A stretch of DNA of 64,000 bases from a virus. A program made the translations under genes and the position numbers. The notes beneath the pieces were generated by a model. It saw only the letters and a program-made list of their open reading frames with translations. It ran no database searches and was not told where the DNA came from. Numbering within the stretch: the stretch's first letter is position 1; each line of letters starts with the position of its first letter. The stretch covers positions 32,001 through 96,000 of IMG/VR virus record IMGVR_UViG_3300027763_000037. One strand, 5' to 3'. Of this stretch, positions 18,864-29,800 are shown piece by piece.

Positions 18864-21800
18864 TACACTACCTCACTTAGATAAATTTCCATACTCGGTC
18901 CTTCTGCAGACTTTGAATATGAAATACTATATACAACAAATTTTTTACCATTAGTTCCAGAATAATCCAAATCTCCCTCATAATAATCAACCTCAGCAAT
19001 GTCTCCTAATTGAATTGTAGGATTAGCAAAAATCTTTAGACCGATAGACTTTCTTGGTTTAATAATCTTTTGTGTTAACCAAGACATAAGATAGTTTGCT
19101 TCATCTTTTGATTGAATATATGGAGTGTCAAGGCTAAAATCTTTTTTACCATGAGTCATTCTACTAATCTTAATTTCTTCATACTCTCTTAAAACTTTAT
19201 TTGGATATGAAACTAGGGTATCTCCAGAATATTGTGGCTTAGAAAAATCACTATTCTTTGAATAATATTCATCAACACTTATAGACTCATCTGTTTCTTG
19301 GGTAAATGTAACGCCCTGAATTCTTAAATAGTTTCCAGATGCCGCATCAAGAGTGATTGCCTTATCTGTTGCATTAAAGATTATAAACTCTGCACCATAT
19401 GCACCTGCTCTAAACCCAGATACTGCGTATCCCTTTATAGAGTTAAATGTTGGAGATAACTGTGCATAGATTGCTGGATATGCTTTTTCGTATTTAATCT
19501 TAAATACTGATGCCTCTCTCATTATTGTGCCAAACTCTTCAAAATATAAATTGCTTTGAGGCGGTTCATAAGAACTTATACCAGTTAGATATGTAGACTG
19601 TATGATTCCACTCATTGCATACTTTCTCATAGACTCGCTGGCATTGACTTCGCTATCTTCATCAAATACCGTCGCTGTTGGAGTGTTTAAGATATACTTA
19701 CTATTTTGCCCATAGTTAGCACCAATAGCATAAATATTTTCAAACATAACACGAGAAGATCCTCTGGTAAAAAGAGCCATATTATTAAACACTGGCAAAG
19801 GATCTTTGTCTATTACACTTGCAACAAATTGATTGTTTAGATAAATATAAAATTTTCTTTCATTTCCAATATTTTCGTATTCTATAGATATGTCATATAC
19901 TGTTGGAGTTTTTTCTGCTGCCATGCGGTATTGACCAGTAAACTTGCCATCATCAACAACAATGTTTGCAAGTCCAGCATATAGTTTTTCTGGAATTGCT
20001 GCTGAAGATGCTGAGTCTTTCTTAACCTTATAAAAAATAACATTGTTAACATCTTGAGACTTTGTTTTATCAATTGTAGTTTTTCCAAGTGCTATAAGTT
20101 CCAGAAAATATCCATTGTTTGTTTCTGGATTAACCATTATGCCAAGTCCACCTGATCCACCCACAATATTAACATCTTTGTCTGGAGTTGTTCCAGGAAT
20201 TAAATAATAAGATGTTGCTCCAACTGCTGTTTGTCCACGATCAGCATTGTTCTCTATCTTTCCAACTATTCTCATTCTAGTTCCAAAATGCGTAAACTTA
20301 TTTGTCATTGGCTTATAAACATAAGATATGAAATCAAGAGGTGCTTCTGATGTTTTAAATGATGGTCCAGCCATGATCAATGCTGAAGACTGAATTGTTC
20401 CAGTGCTTGTTGATTGCATGTTTGCAACATCTGCTTCTTTGTAATACTGTGTTGAAAGAAAGTTTTTTATTACACCATTTCTTGTTGTATTTTTTGCTAA
20501 ATCAGGTGTGACACCTGCTGCGCCTACTTCTGTTTCTGGTGCTGTTAGACCTGATTGAAACAGATACTTGGATTGCATAGTGCATCCTCTTACATTGTTA
20601 TTATCTGACCAATAAGGAGATAGGCCTGCAAAGTGTGAAGTAATTGTTGTATTGAACTGTCCTCTTCCATGCTTTGCTACAGGACCATTTTGTAAATATT
20701 CTTTTCCATTTAACTCAATATAGTTTGGCTCTGCATATATTCTAACTAATCCTGTTGGGAATATTGATCCACCAAACTTAAGTTTAGAAAAATAATTTTG
20801 ATATTCCTGAACATTAGTTATCCAAACATTTCCATATCCAGATACGGAAAATTCAACAGCATCAAACTTGATGACTTCTCCATTTGAATAAAAATATCCA
20901 TTATATCTTGCAAGCCAATATATTCCTTCGCCAAAGTTCATTGTGTTATTAACAACTTTATTTCCAGCAACATATGGAATAGCATCTGTTAAATTTGAGT
21001 TTAACGGAATTGCGCTTAGAACATAATCAGACATTTCTGAAACTTGATTGTTTACAGACTTTGTTGTCTCTGTTCCAGAAACCTCCCAGAGAAGTACTGG
21101 TTTATAAACCCAGGTCTTTTCATTATCAACAAGGCTTGCTTGTTTAATACTTCCAAATGTTTTTTGAATATATCTAGATGTAAAGTTAATCTTTCCATCA
21201 TTATAGACCTGATTATCTTCTGATGTTATCTCAATAATATTTGATAGTGCAGTAGAAGTAGACATATTCTTAATTCCATTATTTTCAATAAGATCATTTG
21301 TTCCTAAGAACTTTACATCTGTTGCTCTTTCATTATTAGAAGGCATAAAATAATTTTTGCTCATCATTACAAAGTTGTTATATTCATCAAAGAACATTGC
21401 TGTTTGTGTTGATATTGCTATGTCTTGCAAAACTTCTGCAATTGTCTTGTTCGAGTTAGAAAAGAAAAATGGAATAACTGACTCAGTCTCGCCAGGTAGC
21501 CTTTTAAATACGTAGTTTGAAAAACCAGCATAGTCTAATAGCATGCACACGGCAGTGCTGACTGATACATTTGGAAGAAGAAGTTCTGGTGCTGTAACTG
21601 ATTCAAAATAAAAAAACATATCTCTTAACGATAAAGAAACAGTTCTTTCGGAAATATTGTTTGTTGGGAATCCCTCAGAGTACATTGTCTTTAATGGAAC
21701 AAAATAATCGTATCCATCAACATCAACAGTAATGTCATAAAATTTAATCTGTATATTCCTTGTTATATATTTACTAATAATACTCTTAAGATTGTTTGGG

Positions 21801-23176
21801 TTAAATGCAGAATCATGGTCAAACATATTTAGAGTTCCAGTTGAAGCAAGCAGTTGGCCCACTGGTAAACCACTTATGCCTAAATCTGATGCTGACTTTG
21901 CAATAGAAAAATCTAATGTTTTGTCTGAAAGATTTACACAAAGTCTTGGAGATATTTCAATTAAGTCAAAAGATGCTTGCGGAGTATTCATAGACTCGAT
22001 GACTATTCTTATTCCTTTAATATAGTCAAACTCACGATACCTATTTCTAAGATTTACTTGATCATAAAATTTTACTGGGTCTGTAAGGTCTGTCACAAAG
22101 TTAGTCACACGGTCAATAGTTTCTTCTTCTAACTGCCAAGCGTACTCTGGTTTGAAGGTTGCATATTGCCCACCATTAAGCCCTCCCTGTTGCCATATAT
22201 AAAATGTTCCTACTTCTGTACTTGATGGCTGGATCAAGTAAGCATATCCATGTATATTTTTTTCTGGTAAAAATGATGCGTCTGAATAAGTCTCTGCAAA
22301 GATAAAGGATGATCTGTATGAGTCTGGAATCTTAAGGCCGTAGGACAGTTCTACATATCCATCATGTTTTATTACTGCTGTTCCATCTCTTCTTGTTGTT
22401 CCTTCATTAAATGAATACAAGTCTGTCCAGGTTCCATTTTGAAGCCCCTGAATTTTCCATCTTTTTGGAGTCTTGCTTTTTGAATCTCCGTAAAATGGAT
22501 CTGAAAATGTTGAGTCATTTGAAGAAAAAGTTCCAAGATCAACATTTCCAACATGTGTTTGCATTTTTACTACAACTCTATTTGCTGGCACATCTTCTTT
22601 ATATACAATAAATGGGCAAGCATCTTCAATAGGATAGGCTGAGTCTATTGTAGAAGATGATATTCCATATTCTACACCATCTTCTGTTCTGTATGAAGAC
22701 CAGTATTTAAATAGGTCATCTTTGTGGCCCATATAGTATCTTGGTCTTCTTGCCATATCTATATTAGAATGATGTAAATATTTGCCACGAAGAAATAAAG
22801 ATTTGTTAATTCCAGACCTAGGTCTAAATTTTGAGAAACAATCTTCTAATGAATAAAGCATTCCAATTTTTTCTTTTTTTGTAGAAAGGGTAAAAGGATT
22901 TTCTGAATCATCAAACCCTCCGTCAATTACAACATCTGCATCAGTTGCATTTGTATAATATTTTACTGCAGAAGAAGAGGTTCCAGAATCGTATGGATCA
23001 TAAGATCCTGGTAAATTTTTATATGGAGAATTTTCTTGCTTTGGTCTATATCGATAATTTCCAATTCTTGAAATATTTTCTGGAATATTCATATTCCATT
23101 CAGCAATGATTGCAGACTGTGTTCTTATTACAGAAGACTCTTGAAGATGTTTCTGCAGTTCTGGATTTTCAAACAT
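18863..23176 (-). CDS. Large tail hub (Tal-like) minor tail protein
   Basis: Second gene after TMP; QDIA.....AMFFDEYNNFV and NPTIQLGD hub motifs. Confidence 0.7.
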   Translation of the reverse strand: MFENPELQKHLQESSVIRTQSAIIAEWNMNIPENISRIGNYRYRPKQENSPYKNLPGSYDPYDSGTSSSAVKYYTNATDADVVIDGGFDDSENPFTLSTKKEKIGMLYSLEDCFSKFRPRSGINKSLFLRGKYLHHSNIDMARRPRYYMGHKDDLFKYWSSYRTEDGVEYGISSSTIDSAYPIEDACPFIVYKEDVPANRVVVKMQTHVGNVDLGTFSSNDSTFSDPFYGDSKSKTPKRWKIQGLQNGTWTDLYSFNEGTTRRDGTAVIKHDGYVELSYGLKIPDSYRSSFIFAETYSDASFLPEKNIHGYAYLIQPSSTEVGTFYIWQQGGLNGGQYATFKPEYAWQLEEETIDRVTNFVTDLTDPVKFYDQVNLRNRYREFDYIKGIRIVIESMNTPQASFDLIEISPRLCVNLSDKTLDFSIAKSASDLGISGLPVGQLLASTGTLNMFDHDSAFNPNNLKSIISKYITRNIQIKFYDITVDVDGYDYFVPLKTMYSEGFPTNNISERTVSLSLRDMFFYFESVTAPELLLPNVSVSTAVCMLLDYAGFSNYVFKRLPGETESVIPFFFSNSNKTIAEVLQDIAISTQTAMFFDEYNNFVMMSKNYFMPSNNERATDVKFLGTNDLIENNGIKNMSTSTALSNIIEITSEDNQVYNDGKINFTSRYIQKTFGSIKQASLVDNEKTWVYKPVLLWEVSGTETTKSVNNQVSEMSDYVLSAIPLNSNLTDAIPYVAGNKVVNNTMNFGEGIYWLARYNGYFYSNGEVIKFDAVEFSVSGYGNVWITNVQEYQNYFSKLKFGGSIFPTGLVRIYAEPNYIELNGKEYLQNGPVAKHGRGQFNTTITSHFAGLSPYWSDNNNVRGCTMQSKYLFQSGLTAPETEVGAAGVTPDLAKNTTRNGVIKNFLSTQYYKEADVANMQSTSTGTIQSSALIMAGPSFKTSEAPLDFISYVYKPMTNKFTHFGTRMRIVGKIENNADRGQTAVGATSYYLIPGTTPDKDVNIVGGSGGLGIMVNPETNNGYFLELIALGKTTIDKTKSQDVNNVIFYKVKKDSASSAAIPEKLYAGLANIVVDDGKFTGQYRMAAEKTPTVYDISIEYENIGNERKFYIYLNNQFVASVIDKDPLPVFNNMALFTRGSSRVMFENIYAIGANYGQNSKYILNTPTATVFDEDSEVNASESMRKYAMSGIIQSTYLTGISSYEPPQSNLYFEEFGTIMREASVFKIKYEKAYPAIYAQLSPTFNSIKGYAVSGFRAGAYGAEFIIFNATDKAITLDAASGNYLRIQGVTFTQETDESISVDEYYSKNSDFSKPQYSGDTLVSYPNKVLREYEEIKISRMTHGKKDFSLDTPYIQSKDEANYLMSWLTQKIIKPRKSIGLKIFANPTIQLGDIAEVDYYEGDLDYSGTNGKKFVVYSISYSKSAEGPSMEIYLSEVV

Positions 23177-23838
23177 TATACTTCTTCCAATGTAACAGAT
23201 ACATTCCAGTAGTCAAAGTTTTTTCCACGCTTTTCTACTGTGTAAGAAAAATCTGAAAAAAACATTTCAACTAGTTGGCTATATTGTGGTAAGTGTGCAT
23301 ATTTATTTATGCTTGGCTGACCAACATTGTTAAAGTTAGAGTACTTGTCATATGCTAAGAATACCCAGAAAGATCCTTTATGGTTATCATACCAATCAAG
23401 CATTTCAACTCCACCTGCACCAGCATCAGTTGTAAACTGTAGTGGCTGATCTTTATTTCCAACTAGATCAGTAGTAGCCAAACCAGTAGTTATATTAAAG
23501 TCTGGAGAATCTAAGAATGATCTTGAAGGTATCATGTTCCAAGATGTAGATATAGTTAATTTGTCTGCAATATGATAAGACCTTGTTCTTCCATTTATCA
23601 TTCTTTCTTTCTTTTCAATTCTTGTTGTTTTAAAATCTATTGGGCCTCTATTATCATCTGTCAATATTAAAAAGTTATCATACTGGCGTGAGTCTGTTAC
23701 ATCTCCATGCAAGGAGTCTACCTCTAGGCCATTTGGAATATAAACTCCATTGCTTAGGGTTCCAGAATTCTCTGACCATAGCATAGCCTGTGGTCTGTTG
23801 TAGTACTTTCTGCCTAGCATATAGGATGATGATGCCAT
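23176..23838 (-). CDS. Distal tail (Dit-like) protein
   Basis: First gene after TMP; C-terminal WNVSVTLEEV. Confidence 0.6.
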   Translation of the reverse strand: MASSSYMLGRKYYNRPQAMLWSENSGTLSNGVYIPNGLEVDSLHGDVTDSRQYDNFLILTDDNRGPIDFKTTRIEKKERMINGRTRSYHIADKLTISTSWNMIPSRSFLDSPDFNITTGLATTDLVGNKDQPLQFTTDAGAGGVEMLDWYDNHKGSFWVFLAYDKYSNFNNVGQPSINKYAHLPQYSQLVEMFFSDFSYTVEKRGKNFDYWNVSVTLEEV

Positions 23839-26800
23839 TATAATCTATTCCCCCGAATTTTCTGTGCATCAATGCCCTTTATCTGAGCAATGACTGTCTT
23901 TGCAATTTCATCTGGATTTGAGTCAGATTTAACATTTACATTGATGCTATAATTATACACTGAATCCCCAATAGAATCTCCATTATTTATTGCCTTCATT
24001 CTATCAACTCCATAAGAATCAACGGCATATTTACTCATTACAAACTCTCCTGGGGTTAGCATTGCTGGGACAGTGTCTGTTCCTACTGAGAATCCACCAT
24101 TTAGGAATCTTGCAACATCAATAAATCCACCACTTGAGAGTTTTACTGGTCTACCTTTTGGATACTTTGCAGTAATTCTATTCATTGCTGCATTTGCTAG
24201 GCCATTATCTCCATCGGCACGGAGTCTTGCTACTCCTGCCATAAGAGCATCGTAATCCGCTTGGGCTGCTGCAAGAGCATTTGCTGCTGCTTCTGCATTT
24301 GCTGCTGAAGTTGCTGCAACTGCATTTGCTCTCATGTTTGCTTCTGCTGCAGAATCTGTGCTGCCATTTGTGTCTTCCCCAGCATATCCCTTAACCCAAC
24401 CATTGGTATCGCTCCAGCCATAATCTCCTACAGGCTTGGTTGGCTTCTTCCATCCACCTTTACCGTCAGAAATCCATGCTTTGCCAGGCTGTGGTGTTGG
24501 CGTGTCAGTTGGTGTTGGTGTAGGGGCTGTAACAGTTGTTGTAGTAGCCACTGTGTTAACATAAACAGTCTTATATTCTTTTGTAAATATTTCAATAGTT
24601 TTCGAAGATGGTAAAAGATTAATGTCTCTAAGAATATCTGCCATAGACTTTGCGCCCTTTGCAGTAGACTCTGCAATTGCTGCGATAGCGTCCTTCATTC
24701 TCTTTTCCATAGCCTCAGCAGTTGCTTCTGCTGCTAATTGAATTCTTTCCCAATCATCTGCTGTAAGTCCAGCAAAAGTTTCTACATCATCAAGTTCTGC
24801 ATTGATGGCAATAAGCGCTGCTTCTTGTATAGCAAGAGATGCATCTTGTTCTGCCAATGCTGTTACAATTGCTTGCTGTGCATCCATTTCTGCCTGGACT
24901 GCTTTAAGTTCCGCTTCTTTTGCTAACTTTGCTGCTGCGATTGCTGCCTGACGGGCAGGTTCAAGGTCATCTTGCTCTTTTCTTAGTTTGGCAAGTCCAT
25001 TTTCAAGATCTAATTTTTCTTTTGCTATTGCCTGTTCTAGTATAAGTCTTTGTGGATTATTTTCTAATGCATAAATTTGTTCTGAAATAACGTATTGCTC
25101 TTCAAGAATTTGGCTTCTTGTTTTTCCATCTTTGTTTGTTAGAGCATTAACATCATTTTCTCTTGACTGATTAAGTCCGTCCATCTGTGCATTACCAAAG
25201 TCTGCAGCATTAGCAGAACGAATATCTTGAACGGCTGCTGCTGCAGCAGAAATATCTCCAGATGATAAAGCGTCTGCCAAACCTAGTTGTTGTTGCTGCT
25301 CTCTTGATATTCTTTCGTTAATAGATAATACATTTTGTAATGCTTCTGCTTGAAGGTCGTACTTTTTATTTATGTCTTCTGCTGCTTTATCGATTAAAGA
25401 TAGGTCATGGCTAAGAACATTTGACTGATCTTGATATTTTTTAATTGGGTCATCAAAGTCTTTCTTTATTTGATCTTCTTTATCAGAGATAGACTTGTCA
25501 GCGTCTTTCTGAAGTTTGTTAATTCTGTCTTGCACATCTTTTTCTTTATCATCATATTCTTTATTAACTGCATCAACAGCATCATTCATAGACTTACTAA
25601 TGTTATCAAACTTTGTTTGGATCTGTGCCATATTTGCATTAGCAACATTCATTTGTGAGGCAACTAAAGATCTTTCTTTTCCAACACTTGCCTGTGTTTT
25701 ATTTCCAAGCAATTTAGTTAACGATTCTGATGTATAAGCCTTTTTTGTTGCAGGGTCAATCATCTTTGCTGCTACATTTGCTATAGCCTTTGCTCCAACG
25801 TTTTCTCCACCGTATGTAGTTCCATCTGGCCTTGTACCCTTTTCACTTACGTAGGCTCCAAGTTCTGATCCAGTCATTCGTGATCTTAGTCTTGATTTTA
25901 TTCCAAGGGCTTCTTGAGCAGCAGATGCACCACCCATAATAATTTCTGATACTGTTTTTGTAATGTTTACCTTAATATCTGAATTCTTTTTAATTTCATT
26001 TAAAGAATCAACTACATCTTGTAGTGATGCATTTGCACCAGCAGTCTTATTTTTAACTGCATCCATTGCTGCAAGTAGGGTGCTGAGTTGTTCTGGATCT
26101 CCAAGGGCATCTGTCATTGCTCCTTCTGATATTCCACGAGACAAACCAGATGATGCAAGAAATGCCTGAAGTTCTTGTCTTCTTGCCATATCTGCATTTT
26201 CTTGTCTTGCTCTTGCTCCTTGAGAAACTATGTTGTTAATCTTGTCTCTTGTGTCTGCTTGAACAGCAAGAGCATTGTTAATCTTGAGTTCTTCGTCTGT
26301 AATTTGACCTGTTGCAATTGCAGTTGTGTATGCCTCATCACTTAATACTCTTTGGATTTGAGTATTAGTCATTCCCAGTGCCGCTAATTTCTTCATAACA
26401 ATTGACTGCTGATCAAAGTTTCTGATTGTCTGAATTTGTGCTACATTGAAGTCACCAATAATTGCTTTGTTAAATCCAGCCGCAACTTCTTTTCCAGCCT
26501 TATTTAGGACAAGATCTCCAACCTTAGCGCCATCCTTTAATAATTTTTTACCTTTAGGATCGTTTGGATCAATTACTCTGCCTTTATTCTTGCCACTCTT
26601 AACCTTTTTAGTTGCAACCTTGCCATATTTAGCCTGCTCTGTTTTGTCAAGACCAGTAAACCAGTCAATGAACTGTCCATTATAACCTTTAGTAGGATCT
26701 GTTGCCTGAGTAGGCTTGCCAGATTTCATACCCATTAGTTGTTGTTGTATACCGTTAAATTTATTACCAATTTGTCCACCAGACACAGCCTTAAACAAAG

Positions 26801-29800
26801 CCTTAATTCCACCTTCAGCATCAATTGCTGCAAGTCGAACATTCTTAAGTCTTGTCATCAAGTCATCAATTGGGGTTGCTGCTCGTTCTGCTTTTTCTTT
26901 TAGTGGATCAACACCAGGAATTTTTGGACCAGCATTTGCTCCCTTAGCATTTCCTACGTTCCAGGCTTGTGCTGCTACGCCATAAGTTTTATTAATAAAT
27001 TCTCTTGGCATTCCTGCAGTGTTTATGCCTTTTGCAGCAAGATATGCATCAATAACATTTGAATCTCCAGAAGCAACAAAGTCCATCATCATAGTTGTTG
27101 TTATTTGTGTTCCATCTGCTCCAACAAGCATATTCCATTGAGCAAGAATATCTTTCATTGTTTGATCGCCTGCATCTGCTTTTTGCTGAACCTCAAGTTT
27201 TGTTAAAATTGTTTTTGGCTTTCCATTTGGACCAGTTATTTTATCAAGTGTCTTTTTAAATGCTGCAACTTTTTTAATTTTGTTGATACCATCAACGTTC
27301 ATATCAACAGTAGTTCCGTACTTAGCCTTCATGTTAGAAAGAATATTTATTGCTTCTGTATTTTCTTTAATATTTGCTTTATTTTCTGGAGCAGAAATGT
27401 ACGCAACAGTTGTTTCTATTGTCGTATCTGTTGCTCCACCCTTCATAAGCATTTGCATAACAACATTTGCTTCTGCTGAACTTCCAGTAACTCCAACCAA
27501 TAGTTCAAAATTTGTAACAAATGTTTCACTATTTTCAGCAAGATCAGCCAACCTTATAGCAACAAATGGATCTATAGATCCTGCTCCAAGTTCTAGTTGA
27601 AGAACACTCTTAAAGGTACTATCTTTCATTCCTTCAAGTCTTGTTACAGAGTTATCAGCAAAAGTTTTCATAGCACTTGAAGAGTCTTTATATCTTTCTC
27701 CAACAGAAACCTTTACTGCATCATTAAAAGCAGTTGCACCTATAACATCTTTTTGTGCAACAAGTGTTTCTAGATTTGTTTTATTTTGAGCAGTTAAAAG
27801 TGCAAGATCTCTTGCTCTATCTTTTTCAATGATTGCTCTTTCTTTATCTGTTTTTGCCATTGATAACTTAATATCGTATTGCTTATTAAGAGCATCAATA
27901 GAATTATTTCCACTTTCAAGATTTGCGATAGCCATTTGAACTGCTGCTGAATCTAGTTTTGCTTTTTCTTGGCTTGCTTTGTTTGCATCCCACATGCCTT
28001 TAGCAAAAAGTCCAATAGATGCTACTGCTAATCCCCAGCCGACTGGGTTCCAGATATTTGCTGCAGCAAGTGCTGCTATTGATGTTGCTGCGACAACTGG
28101 TGCTGCTTTTAGTGCATTATTTGATGATAACTTTTCAGCAGAAAATCCACCTTTTGTTGCAACTGCGTTATCAAATGCAACCTTTTGCTGATCCATTGCA
28201 TTTTGTTGCAACTTTGCAATTACTATAAGAGGATCTTTAAGCAAATCTTGACCATTAGGACCAAGTAGTTCTGAAAGTTCTCCAGTAATTACTGCTGGAA
28301 TTGTATAACTTCCCAACTGCTCTCCAAGTGCTGAAGCAATACTTCTTGCCTGATCCATAGTAATAACGCCTTGAGTTATTGCAACTCCAAGTTGTGTTGC
28401 TATATTTTTTCCTATATCTTGTTGAGATGATCCATTTTTTGCTTGAACATTAATGTCTTCTAGAAGTGCTTTTCCTGGTGCAGAGGTTAAGTAAGTTTGT
28501 CCAGACTTTCTTGTTTCTGCATCAACACCAGACGCCATGTCTGCTCTTCGTTTATTTGCAGACTCAGTAGCACTTACTGTTTTTGTTATTTTAGAAATTT
28601 CTATAAGTTTATCTGTTGTCATGGACATAGAGTTACCTAAAGCAACACCTTCTTTTCTTGCATTGTCCATAGATTTTTTATAAAGCCATACTGCTCCAAC
28701 AACTGCCGTTAGGGCTACTGCTGCAGCCTGCCAAGGATTCATAAGCATTGGAAGCATTCCTGCTACTGCAGAGGCTGCAAACAATCCTGTTGTAACTTTT
28801 GCGTCTGCTCCTCCCATCATCGCACCCATTGCTACAGCACCAAGAGCACCAGCAGCAGGTCCTGCAACTTTGCCAACTCTTTCTTGTCTTGCTGCTAGAT
28901 TTAATTTACGGGTTTGCTTATTCTCTGCCTTTTGCTTTCTTGCTGCTGCTTCTTCTTCACGCTGTTTAGTTAGTTCAGCACGACGCTCACGATCTGCCCT
29001 ATTTTTTTCTTCATTGGCTCGCATCTCTGCAGTTCTTGCTGCTTTTGCTTCTGCTGCTGCTTTGTCTTGTGCTGCTTTAAGACTTGCTGCTCTTGCTTTT
29101 TCTTGTAATTTTTCATGGTCACGAAGAGCCTGTGCTAACTGTGCTTCTGTTGCACCAGCCTTTTGTAGTGCAACTCTTTTTTCAATCCAAGTATCGCCCT
29201 TAGCCTTACCACGAACACGCATTGTTTGTCTTGGCATATCTTTTTTAGGAACAACTGTTGTCCCTGCTGGCTGCTTAATAACTCTTGTATCATCTGCTGT
29301 TCCTCCAACTCTTTTTACCGTACCAGTTTTTGCTTTTCCAGAAGTTGGTTTTATTTCTTTTATTTTACCAGTTTTATTATCTCGAAGTCCTTCTCCAGGA
29401 GTAGCAAGAATAAATTCACCAGTTCTTTTGTTTAAACGTAAATCAATAAGTTGCTTATATTTTTTTATGTCATCGTAAAAAGTCTTGCCTTTTCCAGTTC
29501 TTTCATCTAGAATAAACTTTGCTGCTTCGGCTGCATACTTTGTTTCTGGGTTGATCATTCCAGACAATCCTGGTGGTGCTTTTTTAGTTTCTAGAAGTGC
29601 ATGGGCTTTTAATTCTAACTCTGCTGCTTTAGAAACCAGCATTGCTTCTTGTGCTGTAACTGGATGTCTTCCAGTAGCAAGGAATCTTGCAGCAGCGTTA
29701 TACTCTCCACTATTTGTACCTAAAAGATTTCCATATTTCTTGTCCCAGGCTATTAAATTTGATGTTCTTTTTTCGGTTAAATAGTTGTTTACTGCACCTA